Shown here piece after piece: positions 9,678 through 18,452 of a stretch of 50,890 nt of DNA; position 1 is the first letter of the stretch; each line of letters opens with the position of its first letter. Source of the stretch: a bacterium (GTDB lineage Bacteria; Ratteibacteria; UBA8468; B48-G9; JAFGKM01); the NCBI GenBank assembly GCA_035371905.1, contig DAORXQ010000002.1, forward strand, positions 1 to 50,890, given 5' to 3'. The notes beneath the pieces are model-generated. The model had not been told where the DNA came from. It worked only from the letters and a program-made list of their open reading frames with translations, and did not search any database. The position numbers were made by a program, and so were the translations under genes.

Positions 9678-11042
9678 ATGTTTTTTGGAATAAGTGGTTT
9701 ATATTTCACAGATAAAGATTTAGATATTGAAAAACAGCAATTAATTGATGAAGGAAGAGATATTGGAGAGATAGAAAAAGAATTTGAAGAGATGAAAAAT
9801 TTTTTGAAAAACAAAAATCCATTAGAATATCAGGAAAAAATATTTTTTCTTTTTGATAAATGTCAGAAATTACCACAGAAAAAGGATTATAAATACTTTG
9901 AACCAATAAAATTTGAAGATATAAAAAGCGAATGGAACAATAATTTTTTTAAAATTGAAAATAAACTTACTGAAAAGGAAATAAAAGATAAAATTTATGG
10001 TGGCTGGCTTGGTAGATGTGCTGGATGTCTTCTTGGAAAACCAGTTGAGGGATGGAGTAAAAAGAAAATTGAAAATTTTTTAAAAGATACAGGACAGTTT
10101 CCTTTAAGATTCTATATGAGAAGTGATTTTAATGAAGAAATACTTGAAAAATATAATATTAACAGAAATGCTCCTTTTATCAATAATATAAAAAATATGG
10201 TTGAGGATGATGATATAAACTATACTGTTCTTGCTCTTACTTTGATAGAAAAATATGGCTTTAATTTTTCAGCAATTGATTTTGCTTATAACTTTTTACA
10301 AAAACTTCCTGTTTTAAGAACATGTACTGCAGAAAGAATTACATATAAAAATCTTGTAAATCTTATTTCTCCTGATTATTCTGCTTTATTCAGAAATCCT
10401 TACAGAGAATGGATAGGTGCACAGATAAGAACTGATTTTTATGGATATATAACACCTGGAAATCCTGAAAAAGGGGTTGAACTTGCATATAAAGATGCTT
10501 CTGTAACTCATATAAAAAATGGTGTTTATGGAGCAATGTTTATAACTGCAATGATATCAATTGCTTTTTATGAAAAAGATATTAAAAAAATTGTAAAAAA
10601 TGCATTGAGTTTTATACCTCAAAAATCAAGATTAGCAGAGGGTATAGAAGAAATATTAAATTATAAAGAAAAAAATCTTTCATATGAAGAAGTTGTAAAT
10701 ATTATCCATAATAAATGGAATGAGAAAAATCCACATCACTGGTGTCATGTAATAAGTAATGCTCAGATTGTTGTAATTGGTCTTCTATGGGGTAATAAAG
10801 ATTTTGGAGATTCAGTATGTAAGGCAGTAAATGCTGGATTTGACACCGATTGTAATGGAGCAACTGTTGGTTCAATTCTCGGAGTATTGTTTGGAAAGAA
10901 AAATTTACCCTCTGAATGGATTAAGGTTTTGAATAATAAAGTAGAAACAGGAGTTTCAGGTTATAGTAAAGCAAAAATTTCAGAACTGGCAAAAAAAACA
11001 TATGATATTTATAAGAAAGGAGAAAAAGATGGAAAAAGTTAG
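9678..11042 (+). CDS. ADP-ribosylglycohydrolase (ARH/DraG) family protein with an N-terminal extension of about 100 aa
   Basis: 454 aa. ARH-family hallmarks: GGWLGRCAGCLLGKPVEG near the start of the domain, the acidic metal-site segment EDDDINYT, and the C-terminal GFDTDCNGATVGSILG. Confidence 0.85.
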   Translation: MFFGISGLYFTDKDLDIEKQQLIDEGRDIGEIEKEFEEMKNFLKNKNPLEYQEKIFFLFDKCQKLPQKKDYKYFEPIKFEDIKSEWNNNFFKIENKLTEKEIKDKIYGGWLGRCAGCLLGKPVEGWSKKKIENFLKDTGQFPLRFYMRSDFNEEILEKYNINRNAPFINNIKNMVEDDDINYTVLALTLIEKYGFNFSAIDFAYNFLQKLPVLRTCTAERITYKNLVNLISPDYSALFRNPYREWIGAQIRTDFYGYITPGNPEKGVELAYKDASVTHIKNGVYGAMFITAMISIAFYEKDIKKIVKNALSFIPQKSRLAEGIEEILNYKEKNLSYEEVVNIIHNKWNEKNPHHWCHVISNAQIVVIGLLWGNKDFGDSVCKAVNAGFDTDCNGATVGSILGVLFGKKNLPSEWIKVLNNKVETGVSGYSKAKISELAKKTYDIYKKGEKDGKS

Positions 11043-12231
11043 AATTGGGATAATTGGTTGTGGAGGGATAAGTAAATGTCATATTGATGGGGTGAAAATA
11101 CTTGCTGAAAATGGTTGTAAAGAAATAGAAATAACCGCACTTTGTGATGAAAGAATAGAAAATGCAGAAGAAAAAAAAGAAATGATTTTAGAGTTTCAAA
11201 AAAATGAACCAGTTATTTTTACTGATTACGAGGAGATAATTTCAAAAAAAATATGTGATGGATTTGTTTTATGTCTTCCTCATTTTCTTCATCATACAAT
11301 AGGACTTGAACTTCTCAAAAACAATTATCATATTATGATAGAAAAACCACTTGCTTTGACTTTAAAAGCAGGAAAGAAACTTGTGAATGAAGCAAAAAAA
11401 AGGAATCTGGTTTTATCAGTTGCTGAAAATGTAAGAAGATATTTATCTCCAAGAAGTATAAAATGGGTTATTGAGAATAAAAAATATTTGGGTGATATAA
11501 GGTTTGCTCTTGTAAATTTAGTTATGAATGGACCTTTTGATTATACCAAATATGCTTTAAAATGGAGAGGAATAAAAGTTTTAAGTGGTGGTGGAATGAT
11601 TATGGATAGCGGTCATCATTTTGCTGATATGCTTTTATATCTTTTTGGAGAAGTTGAAGATGTATATTGTGAAATAAAGAGATTTGATTCAAGAATAATA
11701 GAAGAGGTTCCATTTTTAAAAAAGGGTAGGGCAGATGTAGAAGATACATGGAGTGCTATCATAAAATTTAAAAGCGGGATTTTTATAAACTGGGTTTATT
11801 CAAGGTCTGCACCTGGATTTAATTTAAATTTTGGAATGTATTCAGGTGAAAATGGAGCCATAAAAGATAAAGGATTTGTTTTTCATCCTTTCCAGAATGG
11901 TGGAGATATAATTTTGAATAACGAAAAAGTAATAAAAAGTGAAGAAATAGAAAAAGAATTTTTAAATAGTTTAACAGAAGAAGAAAAAGAAGAACTTTTC
12001 CCTTATAACTGCTATGATGGATTTGGTCTTGAATGGATTGATTTTGCAAGAGGGATAAAAGGAGAAAGAAAGGTTGAAATTGACGGAGAAGATGGTTTGA
12101 AAATTATGGCTTTATGTGAAAGTTGTTATGAATCCGATTATTTAAAATCATCTGTAAAATATGGGGATGTTTATTCTGGAAAAATTAAAAATTACCAGAA
12201 AGAAATTAATGATTTCTGGAAAATAAAATAA
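11029..12231 (+). CDS. Gfo/Idh/MocA family oxidoreductase
   Basis: The ORF track starts at 11002. The ATG at 11029 (MEKVRIGIIGCGGISK...) is preceded by AAGGAG at 11017-11022 and gives a canonical N-terminus. EKPL motif (MIEKPL). Overlaps the ARH gene stop. Confidence 0.85.
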   Translation: MEKVRIGIIGCGGISKCHIDGVKILAENGCKEIEITALCDERIENAEEKKEMILEFQKNEPVIFTDYEEIISKKICDGFVLCLPHFLHHTIGLELLKNNYHIMIEKPLALTLKAGKKLVNEAKKRNLVLSVAENVRRYLSPRSIKWVIENKKYLGDIRFALVNLVMNGPFDYTKYALKWRGIKVLSGGGMIMDSGHHFADMLLYLFGEVEDVYCEIKRFDSRIIEEVPFLKKGRADVEDTWSAIIKFKSGIFINWVYSRSAPGFNLNFGMYSGENGAIKDKGFVFHPFQNGGDIILNNEKVIKSEEIEKEFLNSLTEEEKEELFPYNCYDGFGLEWIDFARGIKGERKVEIDGEDGLKIMALCESCYESDYLKSSVKYGDVYSGKIKNYQKEINDFWKIK

Positions 12232-12289
12232 ATGAAAAACATAAATAACAGACAGAACTTAATTTTCCAGATTAAAAAAGGGGGAAGGT

Positions 12290-12781
12290 ATGGATTTATT
12301 GAAAATTTTAAAAGAAAGAAGAAGTATAAGGAAGTATCAAAAAAAGGAAGTTCCAAAAGATATTATTGAAGATATAATTGATTGTGCCAGATTTGCTCCA
12401 AGCGCTATCAACATCCAGCCATGGGAGTTTGTAATTGTTACGGACAAAAACATGAGAGAAAAGATAGCAGAAATTACTGATTACGGGAAATTTATAAAGG
12501 AATCTCCTGTTTGTATTGCAGTTTTCTGTAAAGATACAAAATATTATCTTGAAGATGGTTCTGCTGCTACTACATATATTTTACTTGCTGCAAAAGCATA
12601 TGGACTTGGAAGTTGCTGGGTTGCTGGAGATAAAAAATTTTATGCAGAAAAGATTAGAGAATTACTTGGAGTTCCTGAAGGATACAAACTTATAAGTTTA
12701 ATTTCAATAGGATATCCTGATGAAGAACCTAAACCAAAAAAGAGAGAATTGAAAGAATTAATACATTGGGAAAAATGGTAA
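12290..12781 (+). CDS. Nitroreductase family protein (FMN-dependent)
   Basis: 163 aa. RRSIRKY near the N-terminus, APSAINIQPW, and a GYPDEEP C-terminal segment typical of the nitroreductase fold. Confidence 0.85.
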   Translation: MDLLKILKERRSIRKYQKKEVPKDIIEDIIDCARFAPSAINIQPWEFVIVTDKNMREKIAEITDYGKFIKESPVCIAVFCKDTKYYLEDGSAATTYILLAAKAYGLGSCWVAGDKKFYAEKIRELLGVPEGYKLISLISIGYPDEEPKPKKRELKELIHWEKW

Positions 12782-12784
12782 AAA

Positions 12785-13927
12785 TCAGAATTTCTGTATT
12801 AATTTTGGAAGTTCTTTTTCAAGATAATATTTACTTTCCTCATACACATCACTGTATGGATAAAAAATAACTATCTGTAAGAATGCCTGTTTTGCCTTTT
12901 CATAATCACCTGACAGGAGACATATCTTACCAAAGTTTAAAAGAGCATTATCAGCAAGTTTGCTTAAAGGATAATTCAAAATAAAATTTCTATAAGCAAT
13001 TAAAGCAGAAGTATAATCACCCTGTCTGTAAAAGGAATCAGCAATTTCATACTGAATTTTTTCATCCATACATAAATCAGGATATTTTTCTATTCCTTTT
13101 TTATAAATCTGAGTTCCAAAATATCTATCCTCATAAATTGTATTTTTTATCTTCTCCTTAATTTTTTCTATTTCAGCAGTTTCTTCTATATTGTATAAAA
13201 CTTTTTCTGTTGAACCAAGAAGTTGAAGAAGCATATTTTCTCCAAGTTTTACATTTTCTCTGTATTTTGCTTCTCTATATAGTTTTGTTCCAAGTCCAAT
13301 AATTGCTCCGAATAGAAAGCCACCAAAATGTGCAGAATAAGCAACCTGAGATTGAACTTTATATAGCGAAACAAATAAAGTGTTTAATCCCTGTATAAAA
13401 AACCAGAAAAAAAGCCACACATATGAATAAATTTCAAATTCGCCCCATCTTACAAATATTATAAAAGCCCATATAAAATATTTAAAAGTTATTCTGCTTT
13501 TAGGAAATAAAATAGCATAAGCACCAAGAATTCCTGAAATTGCACCTGATGCACCTATAACAGGGATATTGATAAATTTTTCAGGTATTAGCCATGAGTA
13601 TAAAATCCCTGCAAAAATACCCGAAAGAAGATAAAAAAATAAAAAATTTATCCTTCCCCATCTATCTTCAACATTATCTCCAAGGAGCCATAAATACCAC
13701 ATATTAAAGCCAAGATGAAAAAGCCCTCCATGAAGAAACATAGAAGTAAGTAAAGTTTTGAAAGAAAAATTGGCAGGAATAAAACCATATTTTGAAACTA
13801 TTTCTCTGTATTCAGGTGAAAAACCAAAGGCAAAATATATAAGGCAGTTTATAAAAATTATAAAAGTTACTACTATCGGAAACCTTTTAACACCATATTC
13901 ATCCCTGACAGGAAAAAAGAAAAACAT
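12785..13927 (-). CDS. Rhomboid-family intramembrane serine protease fused to a C-terminal TPR domain
   Basis: 380 aa. Rhomboid motifs: HGGLFHLGFNM, catalytic GASGAISG and the downstream HFGGFLFG. The C-terminal ~130 aa have TPR-like repeats (YRQGDYTSALIAYRNF..., LLSGDYEKAKQAF). 1-nt TAATG overlap with rnfA. Confidence 0.85.
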   Translation of the reverse strand: MFFFFPVRDEYGVKRFPIVVTFIIFINCLIYFAFGFSPEYREIVSKYGFIPANFSFKTLLTSMFLHGGLFHLGFNMWYLWLLGDNVEDRWGRINFLFFYLLSGIFAGILYSWLIPEKFINIPVIGASGAISGILGAYAILFPKSRITFKYFIWAFIIFVRWGEFEIYSYVWLFFWFFIQGLNTLFVSLYKVQSQVAYSAHFGGFLFGAIIGLGTKLYREAKYRENVKLGENMLLQLLGSTEKVLYNIEETAEIEKIKEKIKNTIYEDRYFGTQIYKKGIEKYPDLCMDEKIQYEIADSFYRQGDYTSALIAYRNFILNYPLSKLADNALLNFGKICLLSGDYEKAKQAFLQIVIFYPYSDVYEESKYYLEKELPKLIQKF

Positions 13928-14517
13928 TATAGTTTAAATAGGCCCTTAAAACCAAGAAATGCTAAACTCATCAAGGCAGCAAGAATAAAAGCAATGGGTA
14001 CTCCTCTAAAACTTTCCGGAATAGGTGCAAGTTCAATTTCTTCTCTTATAGTAGCAAAAACAATTATTACAAAGCAATATCCAGCAGAAATCCCGAGAGA
14101 AAAAACAAAGTTCTGTATAAAGGAAAATTTATAATCAATTCCAAGAAAAGCACTTGCTAAAATTGCACAATTTGTTGTAATTAAAGGGAGATAAATGCCA
14201 AATGCACGATATAAGGCAGGTAATTTTTTTCTTATTATCATTTCCTCAAACTGAACAAATGAAGCAATTGTTAGTATAAAAGTAGTCGTCCTTAAATATT
14301 CAAGATGAAAAGGTAAAAGTAAAAAATTATAAACAGCCCAACTTATACTGCATGCCATAACAGTTACAAAAATAACAGCAATACCCATTCCAATTGATGA
14401 TTTTATATTTGTTGAAATACCAATAAAAGAGCAGAGTCCGAGAAATCTTATAAGTAAAATATTATTTATTAAAAAAGCAGAAAGAAAAATAAAAAATAAA
14501 TTTGTCTCATTTAACAT
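13927..14517 (-). CDS. rnfA: Rnf electron-transport complex subunit A
   Basis: 196 aa. Near-collinear with RnfA/RsxA (LGLC.F.G, LPLITTNCAIL, RGVPIAFILAALMSLAFLGF). Confidence 0.92.
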   Translation of the reverse strand: MLNETNLFFIFLSAFLINNILLIRFLGLCSFIGISTNIKSSIGMGIAVIFVTVMACSISWAVYNFLLLPFHLEYLRTTTFILTIASFVQFEEMIIRKKLPALYRAFGIYLPLITTNCAILASAFLGIDYKFSFIQNFVFSLGISAGYCFVIIVFATIREEIELAPIPESFRGVPIAFILAALMSLAFLGFKGLFKL

Positions 14518-15119
14518 ATTTTCTTTCCTTTTTCAATTTTCTGTTTTAAAGCAATTAAAATTCCTATTACCAAAAAAGCTCCTGGTGGCATAATCATAAT
14601 TAAAAATGGACTGAAATCAGGTCCAAATAATGCCTTTCCCATAAATGTTCCATTTCCAAGCACTTCTCTTATAGTTGCAATTACAAAAATTATTAAAGTA
14701 AAACCGAGTCCCATACCGAGACCATCAAGAATAGAATTTATAACATTATTTTTTGAAGCAAAACCCTCTGCACGGCCAAGAATTATACAGTTAACAACTA
14801 TTAAAGGCAAGTATACTCCAAGATTTCTGTGTATCTGTGGAGAATATGCAGCAAGTGTGTAATCAGTAATTGTAACAAATGTGGCGATAACAACTATATA
14901 TACAGGAATCCTTACATGTGAAGGAACTATATTTTTTATTAAGGAAATTACAAAATTTGAGCCGGTTAAAACAAAAATGACAGCAATTCCCATACCAAGA
15001 GCATCTTTTATAGAACTACTTACAGCAAGAACAGGACATAATCCAAGCATTATAAAAAGTATTGGATTTTCTCTCCAAATTCCATTTAAAAAAACTTTAA
15101 AATCAATTATTTTTTTCAT
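14511..15119 (-). CDS. rnfE: Rnf electron-transport complex subunit E
   Basis: 202 aa. RnfE pattern (NPILFIMLGLCPVLAVSS, LPLIVVNCIILGRAEGFA, REVLGNGT, PPGAFLVIG). Confidence 0.92.
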   Translation of the reverse strand: MKKIIDFKVFLNGIWRENPILFIMLGLCPVLAVSSSIKDALGMGIAVIFVLTGSNFVISLIKNIVPSHVRIPVYIVVIATFVTITDYTLAAYSPQIHRNLGVYLPLIVVNCIILGRAEGFASKNNVINSILDGLGMGLGFTLIIFVIATIREVLGNGTFMGKALFGPDFSPFLIMIMPPGAFLVIGILIALKQKIEKGKKIC

Positions 15120-15685
15120 TTTAAATTTTCTACAAAATTTTTAATTTTTCTCTTAACCTCAGGATTATCAATAATATCTTTTTCTGATAGAACATTACAA
15201 ATAACAATTCTTCCTATATCTTCCATTTTATGATATTCAACCATTCTTGAATAACTTTCAACCACAAGGTCAGCACCTTCAAATTCATCTCCTGCTGCTG
15301 TAATAATAAGACCGCATTTTTTATTTTCAACAAGTGATATATAAGTTCCGTCTTCATTATATTTACCAAAACAGAATGTTCGGTCAATAAATGATTTAAT
15401 AAGCCACGAAAAGGACCAGCAGAAAACAGGAGTTGTAATTAAAATACAATCAGAACTTAAAATCTTTTCATATAATTCCTGCATATCATCCTTTATAGAA
15501 CAATTTGGTTTATCCTTAATTTTCTGACATTCATAACATTCAATACATCCACTTATTTTTTTATCAATTAAATAAATCTCTTCTGTTTCATGTCCATTTT
15601 TATTCAACTCTTCAAGAACAATACCCAAGACCTTTGCAGTATTTCCATCTTTCCTTGGACTACCAAGAAAAGATAATATTTTCAT
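15116..15685 (-). CDS. Iron-sulfur flavoprotein (Isf)-like, flavodoxin-fold / NADPH-dependent FMN reductase family protein
   Basis: 189 aa. MKILSFLGSPRKDGNT flavodoxin-like FMN loop; compact Cys motif CIECYECQKIKDKPNC (CX2CX2CX8C) followed by IKDDMQELYEKILSSDCILITTPVF. This closely parallels Methanosarcina Isf (CX2CX2CX5C + IDDDMDEIYEKM...). ATGA overlaps at both ends (rnfG stop, rnfE start). Confidence 0.8.
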   Translation of the reverse strand: MKILSFLGSPRKDGNTAKVLGIVLEELNKNGHETEEIYLIDKKISGCIECYECQKIKDKPNCSIKDDMQELYEKILSSDCILITTPVFCWSFSWLIKSFIDRTFCFGKYNEDGTYISLVENKKCGLIITAAGDEFEGADLVVESYSRMVEYHKMEDIGRIVICNVLSEKDIIDNPEVKRKIKNFVENLK

Positions 15686-16224
15686 TTTGACTCCTTTGCA
15701 ATATTTTCAAGTAATTTTCTGACTCCATCTGTTACTGCTCTTGAAGAAATAGTTGCTCCTGTAATTGAATCTATTTTTCCATCTGTTTTGTCTTTCTTCA
15801 AATAAATTTCGTCTTTTGTTTTTCCTGTAAATTGATTTAAAAAACTATCCTGTGTTATTTTTGAACCAAGTCCTGGTGTTTCATTATGTTCTTTTATTTT
15901 TATCTTTTTAATTTTATTTTCATTATCAATTCCAACTTTTACTGTGATGTATCCACCATAACCCATCGTTTTTACTTCAAATATTTTCCCAATTTCTTCT
16001 TCATTTTTATTTAAGACAGAAAAATATTTAATTCCTTTAATTTCCTTTTCTTCAAATTTTACACCTTCAGGAAAAATCTCTTTATTCAATTTTTCTTCTT
16101 CCTGTTTTTTTATTTCTTCAATTTTTGGTTTTGTTGTATTGTAAACTTGAGCAAGAAGAAATCCTGAAATTCCGCAGATAAATGTAATAACTAAAATGCC
16201 GATTATAATATCCTTTTTTTTCAT
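15682..16224 (-). CDS. rnfG: Rnf complex subunit G (FMN-binding)
   Basis: 180 aa. N-terminal anchor helix; ETPGLG; covalent-FMN site motif SITGATISSRAV. Confidence 0.88.
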   Translation of the reverse strand: MKKKDIIIGILVITFICGISGFLLAQVYNTTKPKIEEIKKQEEEKLNKEIFPEGVKFEEKEIKGIKYFSVLNKNEEEIGKIFEVKTMGYGGYITVKVGIDNENKIKKIKIKEHNETPGLGSKITQDSFLNQFTGKTKDEIYLKKDKTDGKIDSITGATISSRAVTDGVRKLLENIAKESK

Positions 16225-17153
16225 TTTTTACTCCCGAATTTTTTTGGTACAGTATATCTATTTATCATAGGAACAAGTGAATTCATAAATAAAATTGAAT
16301 AACACACACCTTCTGGATAACCTCCTGCTTTTCTTATCAAAAATGTTATAATTCCGCAACCAATTCCAAATATTATTTTACCCTTTTTTGTTATTGGAGA
16401 GGTAACATAATCAGTTGCCATGAAAAAAGCACCGAGAATAAGACCACCACCCATTATTTGACATAAAATATTCTGTTTGAAGAAAAGAGATAGAATAGCA
16501 ACCGTAAGGATATAGGAAAAAGGAATATGCCAGGAAATTACCCTTTTATAAATAAGGAAAAATCCACCAATAAGTAATAATAATGTACTTGTTTCTCCTA
16601 TACAACCAGGTCTTGTTCCAATAAACATTTGCCATAAAGAAGGAAGTTGTTGATTAAGTTTTTCTTTAATTATAAATAAAGGGGTTGCAGAAGTTATAGC
16701 ATCTATCCTGTAATCAAATGGCTGAATAAACTTTGTCATTTCAACAGGATATGAAGCAAGTAAAATGGCTCTACTTGCAAGTGCAGGATTGAAAATGTTA
16801 AAACCGATTCCACCAAATAATTCTTTAACCAAAAAAATTGCAAGGAAACCACCAATTCCAGCAATCCATAAAGGAATTCTCGGTGGTAAAACAAAAGCAA
16901 GAAGAATACCTGTTACAATAGCACTTCCATCAAAAACTTCTATTTTCTTTCTGGTTAGAATTTTGAATAAAAGTTCACTCACTATGCATGAAATTATGGA
17001 TATAATGATAACTTCAAGCACATAAATCCCAAAAAAATATATACTTCCAATAAGAGCAGGGATTAAAGAAATTACCACATAAAACATTATCTTTCCTGTT
17101 GTTTCACTGCTATGAATATGAGGAGAACAATTTATTTTACAAACTTTTTCCAT
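16221..17153 (-). CDS. rnfD: Rnf complex subunit D
   Basis: 310 aa. SPHIHS N-terminus, polytopic, DAITSATPL flavinylation motif, GGYPEG near the C-terminus. Confidence 0.92.
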   Translation of the reverse strand: MEKVCKINCSPHIHSSETTGKIMFYVVISLIPALIGSIYFFGIYVLEVIIISIISCIVSELLFKILTRKKIEVFDGSAIVTGILLAFVLPPRIPLWIAGIGGFLAIFLVKELFGGIGFNIFNPALASRAILLASYPVEMTKFIQPFDYRIDAITSATPLFIIKEKLNQQLPSLWQMFIGTRPGCIGETSTLLLLIGGFFLIYKRVISWHIPFSYILTVAILSLFFKQNILCQIMGGGLILGAFFMATDYVTSPITKKGKIIFGIGCGIITFLIRKAGGYPEGVCYSILFMNSLVPMINRYTVPKKFGSKK

Positions 17154-17155
17154 AT

Positions 17156-18451
17156 TTACTTTTTCCTCAATTTGAATTTAGCACATTTAATAAAATCAAC
17201 AAGCGGTCTTTTTGCAGGACATATATACGCACAGCATCCGCATTCAATACAGTCAAAAACATTTAAATTTTCACATTTTTCAACTTTCTCAAATTCCATA
17301 TACCTTCCAATTTCGCTCGGCATTAAAAACATAGGACATACTTCTATACATTTTCCGCATCTTATACATGGTTGTATATCTTCAGGCAGTTTTTCTTCAG
17401 GTAACAATAAAATTCCAGTTGTACCCTTTATAACAGGAACATCAGGATTTGGTATTTGTATTCCCATCATAGGTCCACCTACAACAATTTTGCTTCCATT
17501 TTTAATATCACCTTTACAATAATCAATAATTTCTGAAATAGGCGTTCCTATTTTGACTTTTAAATTTTTTGGATTATCAACAAGTCCTGTACATGTTAAA
17601 ACTCTTTCAGTTAGAGGAATTCCATCACATACAGCCCTTTTAATTGCAAGAGTTGTTTGAACATTAAAAACAATACACCCAACATCAATCGGCAATCCAC
17701 CCGAAGGGACTTCTTTATTTAAAATTGATTTAATCAGATGTTTTTCACTTCCCTGTGGATATTTTTCAGGCAGAATTTTTATTTCAATTTCAATATATAT
17801 TTTTAATTTCTTAATAGCATCATTCAAGACAGGTAAAAGGTCAATTTTATTTCTTTCAATACCTATAAATACTTTTTTTACATTTGTTACCTTAGATATT
17901 ATTTGAATACCCTCAACGACCTCTTCTGTATACTCCTTTAAAACTCTGTAATCACAGGTTAAAAATGGTTCACATTCACAGCCATTTATTAATATATAAT
18001 CTGCTTTTTTCCCTTCAGGAATTGTTAGTTTTACATGAGTTGGAAAAGCAGCACCACCAAGACCTACAATTCCTGCTTCTCTTACTATATTTATAATTTC
18101 ATTACTTTCCAATTTCAGCCAGTCCCTTACCTGTCTTTCAATAGATTTTCTTTCTCCATCACTTTCAATAACTATACTCAATGATTTTCTGTTTGTTGGT
18201 AAATCCCATGGTAATATATCAACAACCTTCCCAGAAATAGAGGAATGAATATATGAACTGATAAAACCTGTAATTTCACCTATTATCTGTCCTTCAAGGA
18301 CATAATCTCCTTTTTTTACAACTGGTTTTGCAGGACTTCCTGTATGCTGTGAGAGTGGTATTATAACCCTTTCAGGATATTTAAATTCTTCAATTTCCTC
18401 ATTTTTGCTTAAACTTTTAAAATCTATTAACTTAATACCTCCTCTGAACAT
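17156..18451 (-). CDS. rnfC: Rnf complex subunit C (NADH-binding, 2x[4Fe-4S])
   Basis: GLGGAAFPTHVKL, then CIRCGKCIEVCP and CIECGCCAYICP. The ORF track start at 18472 is a TTG. The ATG at 18451 (MFRGGIKL...) has a GGAG 6 nt upstream and lies 1 nt after the apgM stop, so it is preferred. Confidence 0.9.
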   Translation of the reverse strand: MFRGGIKLIDFKSLSKNEEIEEFKYPERVIIPLSQHTGSPAKPVVKKGDYVLEGQIIGEITGFISSYIHSSISGKVVDILPWDLPTNRKSLSIVIESDGERKSIERQVRDWLKLESNEIINIVREAGIVGLGGAAFPTHVKLTIPEGKKADYILINGCECEPFLTCDYRVLKEYTEEVVEGIQIISKVTNVKKVFIGIERNKIDLLPVLNDAIKKLKIYIEIEIKILPEKYPQGSEKHLIKSILNKEVPSGGLPIDVGCIVFNVQTTLAIKRAVCDGIPLTERVLTCTGLVDNPKNLKVKIGTPISEIIDYCKGDIKNGSKIVVGGPMMGIQIPNPDVPVIKGTTGILLLPEEKLPEDIQPCIRCGKCIEVCPMFLMPSEIGRYMEFEKVEKCENLNVFDCIECGCCAYICPAKRPLVDFIKCAKFKLRKK

Positions 18452-18452
18452 T

